DNA of 17,332 nt from Candidatus Thorarchaeota archaeon (GTDB lineage: Archaea > Asgardarchaeota > Thorarchaeia > Thorarchaeales > Thorarchaeaceae). The notes beneath the pieces are model-generated. The model did no database searches, was not told the origin of the DNA, and was given only the letters and a program-made list of their open reading frames with translations. Below are positions 8,142 to 16,221 of this stretch, one piece after another (positions within the stretch are counted from its first letter, which is position 1; each line of letters begins with the position of its first letter). The DNA is taken from positions 1 to 17,332 of the forward strand of contig JAWAQK010000050.1 in NCBI GenBank assembly GCA_038893995.1, read 5' to 3'. Made by a program: the position numbers and the translations under genes.

Positions 8142-9809
8142 ATGGTATCGAGGAGTGATCTCGAGGTCCTCATAGGTAAAGGAGAGACTCGAAATGTCGA
8201 GTTCAAACAGACTCTGACAAGGGCGGACCTGAAAGCGGACAGGGCCCAGCGGCTCGTGACGAGATTCAGATACATGACCTGCGATCCGCCGTTTGAAGGC
8301 CGCCTGGTAATAGGGGTGGAGGACCTCGGAGGCAAGAGCTGGAGAGTGAGGGGACTGACTCGAAGGGGCCTCGAGACAGCTGAAGATGTACTGAAGACTC
8401 TCTGCGAGCAAGCCGGTCTTACAGTGGTTGAGAGGGAGCAGATTGAGACCGACCAGGGGCTTGTCGGCATCTACGTGATAAGCCCTGCGGACATGTTCGA
8501 GGTCAGACAGACGTGCTCAATCAACGTGGCTGGAAGGGTCAATTCGGGTAAGTCTACTCTTGTGGGATCACTGGTGACTGGAAGACCTGACAATGGCAGC
8601 GGAAGGGCAAGATCATTTCTACTCACCCATCCCCAGGAGATCGTAAAGGGTCAGACGGCGGACATCCATCTCGCATTCATGGGCTTCACGGCGGATGGTA
8701 GTCGCGTACATATCGAGAATCCTCTCAATCGACAAGAGGCTGCAATGGCTCTGGATCGGTCAGCGAAGATAATCACCTTCTTCGATGCACCCGGGCACCA
8801 AGAGTTCAGCAAGACAATGATACGGAGTATTCTCGGGTCAGATGCCCAGTACGGGATGGTACTGATACCAGTGCCGGACGAGGCCGAACTCGTGCTAGGT
8901 GAGGAAAGTAGGACTGGGACGCGGCGACTTGACGACATAACCAGAGAGCATATCATCCTCATGGTGGGCCGCAGAGTTCCGTTCATGATTCTGTTGTCAA
9001 TGGTCGATCGTGCCACGCACGAGTACGTTGAGCTTGTGCTCGGGGTCGTCCGCGAGACCGTGAAAGAGACCGGCCGGATTCCGGTACTTGTCCGGACGTG
9101 GGACGATGCGCAGCCTGTGCTGAGAGAGATGCCAAACGGTGCAATAGTACCCATAATTCCGGTATCGGCAGTCGATATGCAGTCTCTCGATCTTCTCACC
9201 CGCATCCTGAGGGATCTGCCAATCGATACATCCTCAACAGACGTGTCCTCTCCGGCGTTTGCGTACATCGACAAGGTGTATCGTGGTGTCAGGGGTACGA
9301 ACATCGTCGTGACTGGAACGGTGAAACAGGGAGTATTCAAACGCGGCCAGATGGTGCAGATTGGACCTGATGAGAACGGGCAGATGATGGAGGGGCGGCT
9401 GTTCAGCATAGAGGTATTCAAGAGGAGGGTCTCAGCGGTAAAGGTCGGAGATCTGTTTGGATTCGACATAAAGGATGTGGACAAACATAGGATCCGTCGT
9501 GGCCAGGTCGTCATGGATGTCGACGGAAATGCCCCCAACAGTGTCAGGACCATCGAGGCAAACATAGTTGTCACAAGGCATCCTACTCGTATCGTAGAGG
9601 GGTACACGCCCGTACTCCAGTGCCATACCATCCAGCAACCAGTTGTGCTCAAGAAGATATACGACCGTGACTACCTCGCAGTCGGAGACTTCGCCAGAGT
9701 CAGGCTGGAATTCATGTTGCGCCCGGAGATAGTGAATGTGAACGACAAGATTGTCCTGAGGGAGGCCAACACACGAGCCATAGGCACAGTCGTCGAGATC
9801 GTTAGATGA
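8142..9809 (+). CDS. GTPBP1/2-family translational GTPase (archaeal COG5258 type) with N-terminal AlbA_2/Schlafen-like domain and EF-Tu-like domains II and III
   Basis: G1 AGRVNSGKST; GTPBP-typical DNGSGRAR..LLTHPQEI.KGQTAD; G3 FDAPGH; G5 VSAV. Domain II (IDKVY.GV.GT..VVTGTVKQG) and domain III (HPTRIVEGYTPVLQCHTI...GDFARVRLEF...LREANTRAIG). N-terminal GETRNVEFK...LVIGVED. Confidence 0.9.
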   Translation: MVSRSDLEVLIGKGETRNVEFKQTLTRADLKADRAQRLVTRFRYMTCDPPFEGRLVIGVEDLGGKSWRVRGLTRRGLETAEDVLKTLCEQAGLTVVEREQIETDQGLVGIYVISPADMFEVRQTCSINVAGRVNSGKSTLVGSLVTGRPDNGSGRARSFLLTHPQEIVKGQTADIHLAFMGFTADGSRVHIENPLNRQEAAMALDRSAKIITFFDAPGHQEFSKTMIRSILGSDAQYGMVLIPVPDEAELVLGEESRTGTRRLDDITREHIILMVGRRVPFMILLSMVDRATHEYVELVLGVVRETVKETGRIPVLVRTWDDAQPVLREMPNGAIVPIIPVSAVDMQSLDLLTRILRDLPIDTSSTDVSSPAFAYIDKVYRGVRGTNIVVTGTVKQGVFKRGQMVQIGPDENGQMMEGRLFSIEVFKRRVSAVKVGDLFGFDIKDVDKHRIRRGQVVMDVDGNAPNSVRTIEANIVVTRHPTRIVEGYTPVLQCHTIQQPVVLKKIYDRDYLAVGDFARVRLEFMLRPEIVNVNDKIVLREANTRAIGTVVEIVR

Positions 9810-9813
9810 GGGC

Positions 9814-11499
9814 TCACATCAGCATTTCCGCTCGTCTGGGGAAGAGATCCTCTGTTCGAAGCAGCCGTCTGCCTAGCAGAATGCGTCGGAGTGGAAAAAC
9901 TGAAATGCCAGCATCGAGAGCGTGAGACAGGACTGCACTTCCCCACCGGGATGGCGCACTCACAATTGCTGCTGAGATATCTCGCCCACACAGCAACGTC
10001 CACTCCACCGAGTAGGACTCGACCAGACTCTGCAGGGCATTGGCCTCGCCTGCCAGCAGCAGATTCGGGTCAACTCCGATATGGTTGAAGTCCGGTAGCA
10101 TCATCATCAGGCCTGCACTGATGATACTCTCAACTCGCTCTGGTGAACCGACGAGGGTGTCCAGCAACACAGACCTGTCCCCTGTTGCCAGTCTCTCAAT
10201 CACTGCCCCGAGGTCCGATGCAGAGACATCACCCACTCCCAGTGAAAGTCGGGACCTCAACATCGGCTCGGGCACATACCGACCGCAGAGAGACTCAGAT
10301 GCCCAGCCCACCATGTCCCTGCCGTGAGGTAGTAGGCCCCCTGACTTCGGTGCAACATCGCCCATGTTCAGGCCGTATTCGATGTACTCGAGCGGGGTAC
10401 CGCTCGCTGTGTTTACACTGACAAGACGCACATCCGAACCCGAGATATACTCGGCCCTGAGCCAATCACTCTCGTCAGATGCCCTATTGTCTGCAAGCTG
10501 CAGCCTCAGAATGACACCAAGAGGCGAGGGGTCAACTACCACCCTGGGGCAGAGATGAATACGTGTGGGCACAACCGTCTTCTCTCTGATGACATGCGGG
10601 TGGCTGAGAGTATTGCAGAAGTCCCTCAGGGTCTCGTAGTCCTCTGTCCCGAAGCTGACCTCCAGAGTATCATGTATGATGCGAAGTGGCTGCTCCCACA
10701 GTTCAAGCGGTCCGGCAGCGGGTGCCTGCGATATGAGCCTGTGCAGACGACTGTATCCAGATCCCTCGTAAGTCAAGGCGTTGTGAATGAAATGGCTGAC
10801 AAACTGCATTGCGAGATTGTCGCGATGAGTGTTCGACTTCCAGACTCTCAACCACTCTGATCTCTGGGGATCATGCAGGAGCGTAAACGCAACTGAGTTT
10901 GCAACTAGCTGTGAAAAGGTGATAGATCGCTTTTCTGGTTCCAGCGTGAGTAGGAAAGAGGTCCTTAGAGCAAGTCCCTCGGCCCAAGACGAGTCAACCG
11001 CGTCCTGATCAAATAGTATCGAACCATCCTGTCCGAACGCCATTCCCCAGTGCTGGGTCATCACGCCATGTCGAGTTCGTTCAATGAAGATCGGAGGGAT
11101 CTCGGGTACACCCATTGCCAGGAGTCTTGCGACCCTTCTGACTGACCTTGCCATCGTCTGTTGCATCTCCTGTGTCACCTGCATGCGGACCTCCTCCTGC
11201 GTAGGGGGTCGGGGTCGTTCATAAGTGACAATCAGCTGGGACTGACGGCGGATACCATGATACTCATCGTGAGTCAGATTCTCGCCCCCCAGCAACAACC
11301 CATTCTCTGCAAAGGGATAGATCCGGACTCGGTCAGTACTTATCACTGCAACCAGGTAGAGCACACCCTTGAGGTTTCTGAAGTGCTTCCTGATAGTGAC
11401 TGCTTTCAGACGTAGGACCTGGACCGAGTCGCAGTCGCTCTCTCGGAAGTTGCGCTCACCGAATTCCGCGATCTGTCTGGGCACGGTTCTGCCGCTCAA
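9814..11499 (-). CDS. Hypothetical multidomain protein (561 aa); C-terminus possibly wHTH/Lrp-AsnC(RAM)-like
   Basis: Long ORF with TTG start preceded by GGAGTGA; converges on the GTPase gene with a 4-bp gap. Weak Lrp-like pattern ERVESIISAGLM..LPDFNHIG followed by an alpha/beta segment. Confidence 0.8.
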   Translation of the reverse strand: MSGRTVPRQIAEFGERNFRESDCDSVQVLRLKAVTIRKHFRNLKGVLYLVAVISTDRVRIYPFAENGLLLGGENLTHDEYHGIRRQSQLIVTYERPRPPTQEEVRMQVTQEMQQTMARSVRRVARLLAMGVPEIPPIFIERTRHGVMTQHWGMAFGQDGSILFDQDAVDSSWAEGLALRTSFLLTLEPEKRSITFSQLVANSVAFTLLHDPQRSEWLRVWKSNTHRDNLAMQFVSHFIHNALTYEGSGYSRLHRLISQAPAAGPLELWEQPLRIIHDTLEVSFGTEDYETLRDFCNTLSHPHVIREKTVVPTRIHLCPRVVVDPSPLGVILRLQLADNRASDESDWLRAEYISGSDVRLVSVNTASGTPLEYIEYGLNMGDVAPKSGGLLPHGRDMVGWASESLCGRYVPEPMLRSRLSLGVGDVSASDLGAVIERLATGDRSVLLDTLVGSPERVESIISAGLMMMLPDFNHIGVDPNLLLAGEANALQSLVESYSVEWTLLCGRDISAAIVSAPSRWGSAVLSHALDAGISVFPLRRILLGRRLLRTEDLFPRRAEMLM

Positions 11500-11723
11500 G
11501 TCGTGTCACTCCGATTCTAGATCTGAACCTCGTGCGCATCGCCAGTGGGTGAACCACCACCTAATACTAGTTGTGCATCGTTGACCCGTCATAGATGTAC
11601 GACGTACGACTAGTAATGGTGAAACAGTACCGTGTGTGACGCATGGTGAGGAGACACGACACACCTTGGTGGAGTCCGTCGGGCCATAATCAGGCGACTA
11701 CGACCGACCAGGAGAACCAGTGA

Positions 11724-12191
11724 CTATCCGCTTGCCATGATCCCCTCATAGAGGGGCATGAAGAGATCTCTGGTGGGCCTCGTGTTCATCACCATGTCCA
11801 GCATCTCGTCATTCTTCTTCAAGATGCACCCAACAAGATCATAAAGGAATTTGTCAAGGCGTATGTTGACACCCCGTCGTGGGACTTGGCTCAGCACGAG
11901 GACTATGCCGAAGTCCCCTCTCGGAAGCTGGTTGAGGATCCCTCGTTTCATGTCGGGCTCGAGACGTGACTCCAACTGCCTCGTGATTGCGCCCCTCTCA
12001 ATAAGACTGTAGCGTATCCTCTCAAAGTCCCCGTTGGCGCTCTTCTTTGGCCTTATGAAGGAGATAGCATACCCCAGTCGCTTGAGAGAATTGTATCCGA
12101 CCATTGTGGTATACAGAGGCGGACACAATTCAGTGAGTTCGACCTTGCGTATCTCGATTACTTCCTGATTATGTCTCACCCGTAGGTTCAT
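11724..12191 (-). CDS. Hypothetical protein (155 aa)
   Basis: ATG start preceded by GGGTGAAGGG (SD-like) and a TTTATT TATA-like box near 12245-12240 (minus strand). Protein-like composition; no family recognised. Confidence 0.75.
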   Translation of the reverse strand: MNLRVRHNQEVIEIRKVELTELCPPLYTTMVGYNSLKRLGYAISFIRPKKSANGDFERIRYSLIERGAITRQLESRLEPDMKRGILNQLPRGDFGIVLVLSQVPRRGVNIRLDKFLYDLVGCILKKNDEMLDMVMNTRPTRDLFMPLYEGIMASG

Positions 12192-12336
12192 CCCTTCACC
12201 CCAGATTGGTCCCTTCTGACATCTATTCTGGTTGCATCAAATAAAGCATTGTGAGAAAATCTTCCGCAACAGAGGAGCCAAACCCGTTCCGAAGGGAGAT
12301 AGATGGTAGGGTTCCCGGATGTGGGACCGGAAGAGG

Positions 12337-13251
12337 TCACTTCCTCTTGCCTTTCTTAGTCGAGGCCGACCTCTGTTCCAGTCCGGACACCCTGCGCACT
12401 GCAAGGACTAGGAGCGATGAGAGTTCGGGATCACTCTTCTTGGAACCCGCTCCACTCCAACCTCCATCGCTGTTCTGAGTACCTATCACGAGTGCGATTC
12501 CCTGATCGACCACGCTCCGCTCGGCATCGGTCTTGATCTCGTCTATTGAGGCGAGGTCGACCATGTCATAGGTCCAACTGCGATTGACAGAGTCTTTGAG
12601 ATGTTGAAACAGGGCCGCTCTGGCACTCTGATATGCCCTATGTTCTGGGTTGATTCCGACAGCCCTCAGGGCAGGGAGAATGTTGCCCGTCCCCAAGGGA
12701 TCAGACACCGGAGCACCCTTGAAGGCAGGCCAGTGACCGTCCTCGTGCTGCGTGTACAAGAGGAAGTCACGGCCACGGCTGATCCGCTCCTCGTCCTTGA
12801 AACCGGCCAAGACGAGGGCCTCAAGAGCCTTCCCAGTGAGCCAGGTTATGCTCTTACCGACAGGATACCATTCTGACGTGCTCGAGGACCCGTAACGGTC
12901 CTCAATCAGTGTCCTCAGATTCAGTGTTTCTGCAAAGCCCCCATCACCCTTCTGCCGAGAAACCAGAAAGGAGACCATCCTGTCTACAATATCCTGTGGG
13001 CGATCTCTTATGTCAAGGAGGAGCACTAGGATCTCAGATGTCTCTTTCACTGAACTCGGATTGCCCCTCGTTAGAGCAAAAGGAAGACCGCCGTCGTCGT
13101 TGATGATCGTTCGCAGATGAGTGAACGCTTGCTCCAACACACTCGGGGCAAGATGGAACCCAGCAGAGTGCAGCCGGAGCTTGTCGGCAATGCTACCCTG
13201 CGACTCTATGAATGACTTGACATCATACAAGAAATCAGCACTTCTGGACAA
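12337..13251 (-). CDS. Prenyltransferase/squalene-cyclase (QW-repeat) alpha-barrel protein
   Basis: TTG start with upstream GGAGG. Four QW-type repeats: INDDGGL, LVSRQKGDGGF, LLYTQHEDGHW and IGTQNSDGGW. Confidence 0.85.
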   Translation of the reverse strand: MSRSADFLYDVKSFIESQGSIADKLRLHSAGFHLAPSVLEQAFTHLRTIINDDGGLPFALTRGNPSSVKETSEILVLLLDIRDRPQDIVDRMVSFLVSRQKGDGGFAETLNLRTLIEDRYGSSSTSEWYPVGKSITWLTGKALEALVLAGFKDEERISRGRDFLLYTQHEDGHWPAFKGAPVSDPLGTGNILPALRAVGINPEHRAYQSARAALFQHLKDSVNRSWTYDMVDLASIDEIKTDAERSVVDQGIALVIGTQNSDGGWSGAGSKKSDPELSSLLVLAVRRVSGLEQRSASTKKGKRK

Positions 13252-13348
13252 TACCTGGCCTCCAGACGGTTGTCACCTGACTGTTCCCTCGCGCAGAACG
13301 CGCGACGTTCACATGTCAAAGGCAGCAGCATAGTACGTATGAGCGAGA

Positions 13349-13364
13349 ACTTAAAGGTTATTTA
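13349..13364 (-). promoter_or_regulatory. BRE/TATA-like promoter for the QW-repeat gene
   Basis: Minus strand TAAATAACCTTTAAGT, an AT-rich island in GC-rich DNA ~100 bp upstream of 13251. Confidence 0.45.
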
Positions 13365-13370
13365 CCCCGA

Positions 13371-13637
13371 CTACTCCGACTCCTCTTCCTCGTAGAACTC
13401 CAGAATGGCCTTGGCTCGCTCCCGCTTCTCATCTTCGGACAACTCCTCCCCGAACTCCGTCTCATCCTCGACGACCACAATCTTCTCTCGAGGACTGTGG
13501 CGTATCCTGTAATTGACGGTATACTCAGGGGGGCGCTCGATAGCTCGCTCGTTGCCACACTCGCGGCAGATCAAGACTGGCGTTCCATCCTTCCTAGTAG
13601 GGAGCATGAGTGCTCCACACTTGTCACAGAACTCCAA
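13371..13637 (-). CDS. TFS/RpoM (Rpb9-like) paralog with N-terminal Zn ribbon only and an acidic C-terminal tail (TFS2-like)
   Basis: Likely TTG start at 13637 (GAGG upstream), 88 aa: EFCDKCGALMLP...LICRECG, linker RHSPREKIVVVE, then acidic tail. No second Zn ribbon and no RxADE catalytic hairpin. Confidence 0.85.
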   Translation of the reverse strand: MEFCDKCGALMLPTRKDGTPVLICRECGNERAIERPPEYTVNYRIRHSPREKIVVVEDETEFGEELSEDEKRERAKAILEFYEEEESE

Positions 13638-13684
13638 TACCCGTTGCCTCTCAGAAGTGGTCCCTGTGAACGTGTGTAATAGAC

Positions 13685-13697
13685 ATTTAAGCTTGAC
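13685..13697 (-). promoter_or_regulatory. TATA-like promoter for the TFS paralog
   Basis: Minus strand TCAAGCTTAAATG ~50 bp upstream of the proposed TTG at 13637, which supports the shorter start. Confidence 0.4.
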
Positions 13698-13721
13698 GCA
13701 GGGTGATTTCTGGTGCATTAT

Positions 13722-13736
13722 GAAAAGCCTTATGAA
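13722..13736 (+). promoter_or_regulatory. BRE/TATA-like promoter for the DUF1015-serC operon
   Basis: GAAAAGCCTTATGAA: purine-rich BRE followed by a TTAT-type box, ~60 bp upstream of the ATG in a divergent intergenic region. Confidence 0.45.
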
Positions 13737-13793
13737 AGAGCCCTGCTCTGCGACAACTGACGCCAAGACCTAGCCGAGAGGAGTCAGAGTAGC

Positions 13794-15125
13794 ATGGTGC
13801 AAGTCAAACCGTTCAGGGCGTACAGGTACAGTCCCTCGAAAGTAAAGGACTACTCGAAGGTCGTAGCACCTCCCTACGACATCATCAAGGGAGACGCCGT
13901 TGATTTCTATCAGGGCCTATCCGAATACAACATTGCATGGATCACCAAGAGCAAGCCGATGCCTGGGGACACCGAGCATAACAATCAGTACACCCGCGCA
14001 GGTGAAAGACTGAGGAAGTGGTTGCAGGAGGGTGTACTGGTGCCCGATTCCAAAGACAGCTACTACGTCTACGGCCAGGACTTTGAGATTGCCGGCAAAC
14101 GATACTTCAGGTTTGGATTCATAGGTCTGTTGGAACTTGAGGAGTTTGGCAGACAGGCACCAGAGAGAGCCCCCTTCACTGGCGTGCTACAACACGAGGA
14201 AACTCTTCCAAAGGATATTCAAGACCGACTCAACCTGTGCAGGCAGACATTCATGCAGTTCGGGCTGATATTCGTCATATACCCGGACCCCGAGAGAAGA
14301 GTAGATAGGATCCTTGAACGCGAGATGAAAAAGTCCCCCATCGTCGACATCACAGACAACGAGGGTGTCAGACACAGAATATGGGCGGTCACTGGCAAAG
14401 CCGAGATCGATGCAATAGGCACGGCCATGCAAGACAAGTACGTCGTGATCGCAGACGGACATCATCGCTACAAGACTGCCCTTGCTCTGCGAGATGAGAA
14501 CCCGGACCTAGAGTCGGCAAAGTACAGGATGGTAGTGTTCGTAAACATGGAGAACCCCGGCCTGATCATACTTCCGACCCACCGAGTAGTCCAGAATCTG
14601 CCTGACTTCGACGTGGAGAAGATGATGAAGAGGGCCACAGAGTACTTTGATGTTGACGCGTTCGACAAGAAGGAAGACATGTTCAGCCGTATGTCGCAGG
14701 AGTTTGACAGGAACGGTCACTGCTTCGGAATGTTCGTGAATGACGGGAAGTTCTACACACTGAGACTCAAAGATCCAAAGGCAATGGACAAGGTCCTTCC
14801 GGGCAAGTCGGAGGACCTGAAGAGCCTAGATGTGACGATACTTCATTCACTCATACTCGACAGGGTCCTCGGTATAGGCAAGGACAAACTTGCTGAGGGC
14901 ACGATGAGCGGGGGTGGATACGTGACCTATCTCAAGGGCACTCCAAGCGCGGTGGATGAGGCACTGGAGATGGTCAAGAAGGGAGCCAACGCGGCGTTCT
15001 TCCTGAACCCAACAAGAGTCAGGGAGGTCGAGGCCGTGTCGAGGAGATTTGAGGTCATGCCTCAGAAGAGTACCTACTTCGTTCCAAAGGTGTGGACTGG
15101 TTTCACCATGAATAGACTGAAGTGA
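13794..15125 (+). CDS. DUF1015 family protein (ParB/Srx-like core)
   Basis: Family-typical motifs VKPFRA, APPYDII, HEETL, IADGHHRY..A, ILPTHRVV and MPQKSTYF.PK. SD GAGGAG upstream; directly upstream of serC, a known association. Confidence 0.92.
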   Translation: MVQVKPFRAYRYSPSKVKDYSKVVAPPYDIIKGDAVDFYQGLSEYNIAWITKSKPMPGDTEHNNQYTRAGERLRKWLQEGVLVPDSKDSYYVYGQDFEIAGKRYFRFGFIGLLELEEFGRQAPERAPFTGVLQHEETLPKDIQDRLNLCRQTFMQFGLIFVIYPDPERRVDRILEREMKKSPIVDITDNEGVRHRIWAVTGKAEIDAIGTAMQDKYVVIADGHHRYKTALALRDENPDLESAKYRMVVFVNMENPGLIILPTHRVVQNLPDFDVEKMMKRATEYFDVDAFDKKEDMFSRMSQEFDRNGHCFGMFVNDGKFYTLRLKDPKAMDKVLPGKSEDLKSLDVTILHSLILDRVLGIGKDKLAEGTMSGGGYVTYLKGTPSAVDEALEMVKKGANAAFFLNPTRVREVEAVSRRFEVMPQKSTYFVPKVWTGFTMNRLK

Positions 15126-15135
15126 GGTATTAAGA

Positions 15136-16221
15136 ATGACGAAGAGAGTATACAATTTCAATCCCGGACCGGCGGCCCTGCCGCTTCCGGCACTTGAGAA
15201 GGCAAGAGATGAGTTCTTGGACTTTGCAGGCACTGGAATGTCTATCCTTGAGGTGTCGCATCGGTCCAAGGAGTACGAGAAGGTCCACAACGAGGCAACG
15301 AGTCTCGTCGTGGAGCTGATGAGAGTTCCAAGCGACTACAAGATTGCATGGCTAACGGGAGGAGCCTCGACCCAGTTCTTTCAAGTACCCATGAACCTCA
15401 TGGTCGCAGGAAAACATGCCGAGTACGCGATCACGGGTACATGGTCTGAAAAGGCTGCATCGGAGGCAGGTCTGTTCCTAGAGGTCAAGACAGTGGCATC
15501 GTCGAAGGACAAGAAATACAGCTATATCCCAGAGGGGGTGAAGTTCGGAAGTGGTGCCTCATATGCGCACATCACCAGTAACAACACGATCTATGGCACC
15601 GAGTGGCACTACTGGCCCGACACCCCTAGCGACGTTCCTCTAGTGTGTGATATGTCGTCTGACATCATGGGCAGAGTCGTAGATGTCAAGAAATTCGGTG
15701 TCATCTACGCAGGCGCTCAGAAGAACATAGGTCCTGCAGGGGTCACGCTACTGATCGTCAGGGAGGACCTGCTTGACAGGGTTCCGGAGAAGACCCCCAC
15801 GATGTTGAAGTGGAAGACACATGTGAAGGAGAACTCTCTCTACAACACACCCCCCACATTCGCCATCTACATTGCGAAGCTCGCACTGGAATACACCAAG
15901 GAGATCGGGGGGATTCCCGCCGTTGAGAGGATGAACCGCGAGAAGGCGAAGATCGTTTACGACGCAATCGACAGTTCAGGCGGGTTCTACAAGGGACATG
16001 CAAGACCAGACTCCCGGTCCATCATGAACCTGACATTCCGACTACCCAACGAGCAGCTTGAGGATGAGTTCGACAAGGAGGCAAAGAAGCGCGGGATGAT
16101 AGGACTCAAGGGTCATCGCTCTGTTGGGGGAATGCGCGCGAGTCTCTACAACGCAGTCACAGTTGAGGCTGCACGGACACTCGCAGAATTCATGAAGGAA
16201 TTTCAGGCAAGACATCAGTAG
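15136..16221 (+). CDS. serC: 3-phosphoserine/phosphohydroxythreonine aminotransferase
   Basis: YNFNPGPAALP, SILEVSHRS, GGASTQF, TGTWS, NNTIYG, DMSS, GAQKNIGPAG (PLP lysine), NTPP and GHRSVGGMRASLYNA. SD GAGGT overlaps the DUF1015 stop. Confidence 0.97.
   Translation: MTKRVYNFNPGPAALPLPALEKARDEFLDFAGTGMSILEVSHRSKEYEKVHNEATSLVVELMRVPSDYKIAWLTGGASTQFFQVPMNLMVAGKHAEYAITGTWSEKAASEAGLFLEVKTVASSKDKKYSYIPEGVKFGSGASYAHITSNNTIYGTEWHYWPDTPSDVPLVCDMSSDIMGRVVDVKKFGVIYAGAQKNIGPAGVTLLIVREDLLDRVPEKTPTMLKWKTHVKENSLYNTPPTFAIYIAKLALEYTKEIGGIPAVERMNREKAKIVYDAIDSSGGFYKGHARPDSRSIMNLTFRLPNEQLEDEFDKEAKKRGMIGLKGHRSVGGMRASLYNAVTVEAARTLAEFMKEFQARHQ

Noticed and set aside
8651-9652. 333-aa antisense ORF, and similar shadow ORFs such as 7279..7917, 51..455 and 6121..6534
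   Set aside because: They lie opposite well-supported genes and are Ser/Thr-rich with no motifs, typical antisense shadows of codon bias.
11500-11592. Short upstream ORF ending in a TGA in frame with the 561-aa gene (possible Sec readthrough)
   Set aside because: The TGA is part of the GGAGTGA Shine-Dalgarno sequence; there is no redox motif context or supporting SECIS.
11500-11723. 224-bp intergenic region inspected for repeats, ncRNA or mobile-element ends
   Set aside because: Only short chance repeats (GTACGAC twice); no convincing structure.
13638-13766. N-terminal extension of the TFS paralog in the ORF track
   Set aside because: It covers the divergent promoter region; family homology begins at (M)EFCDKCG.
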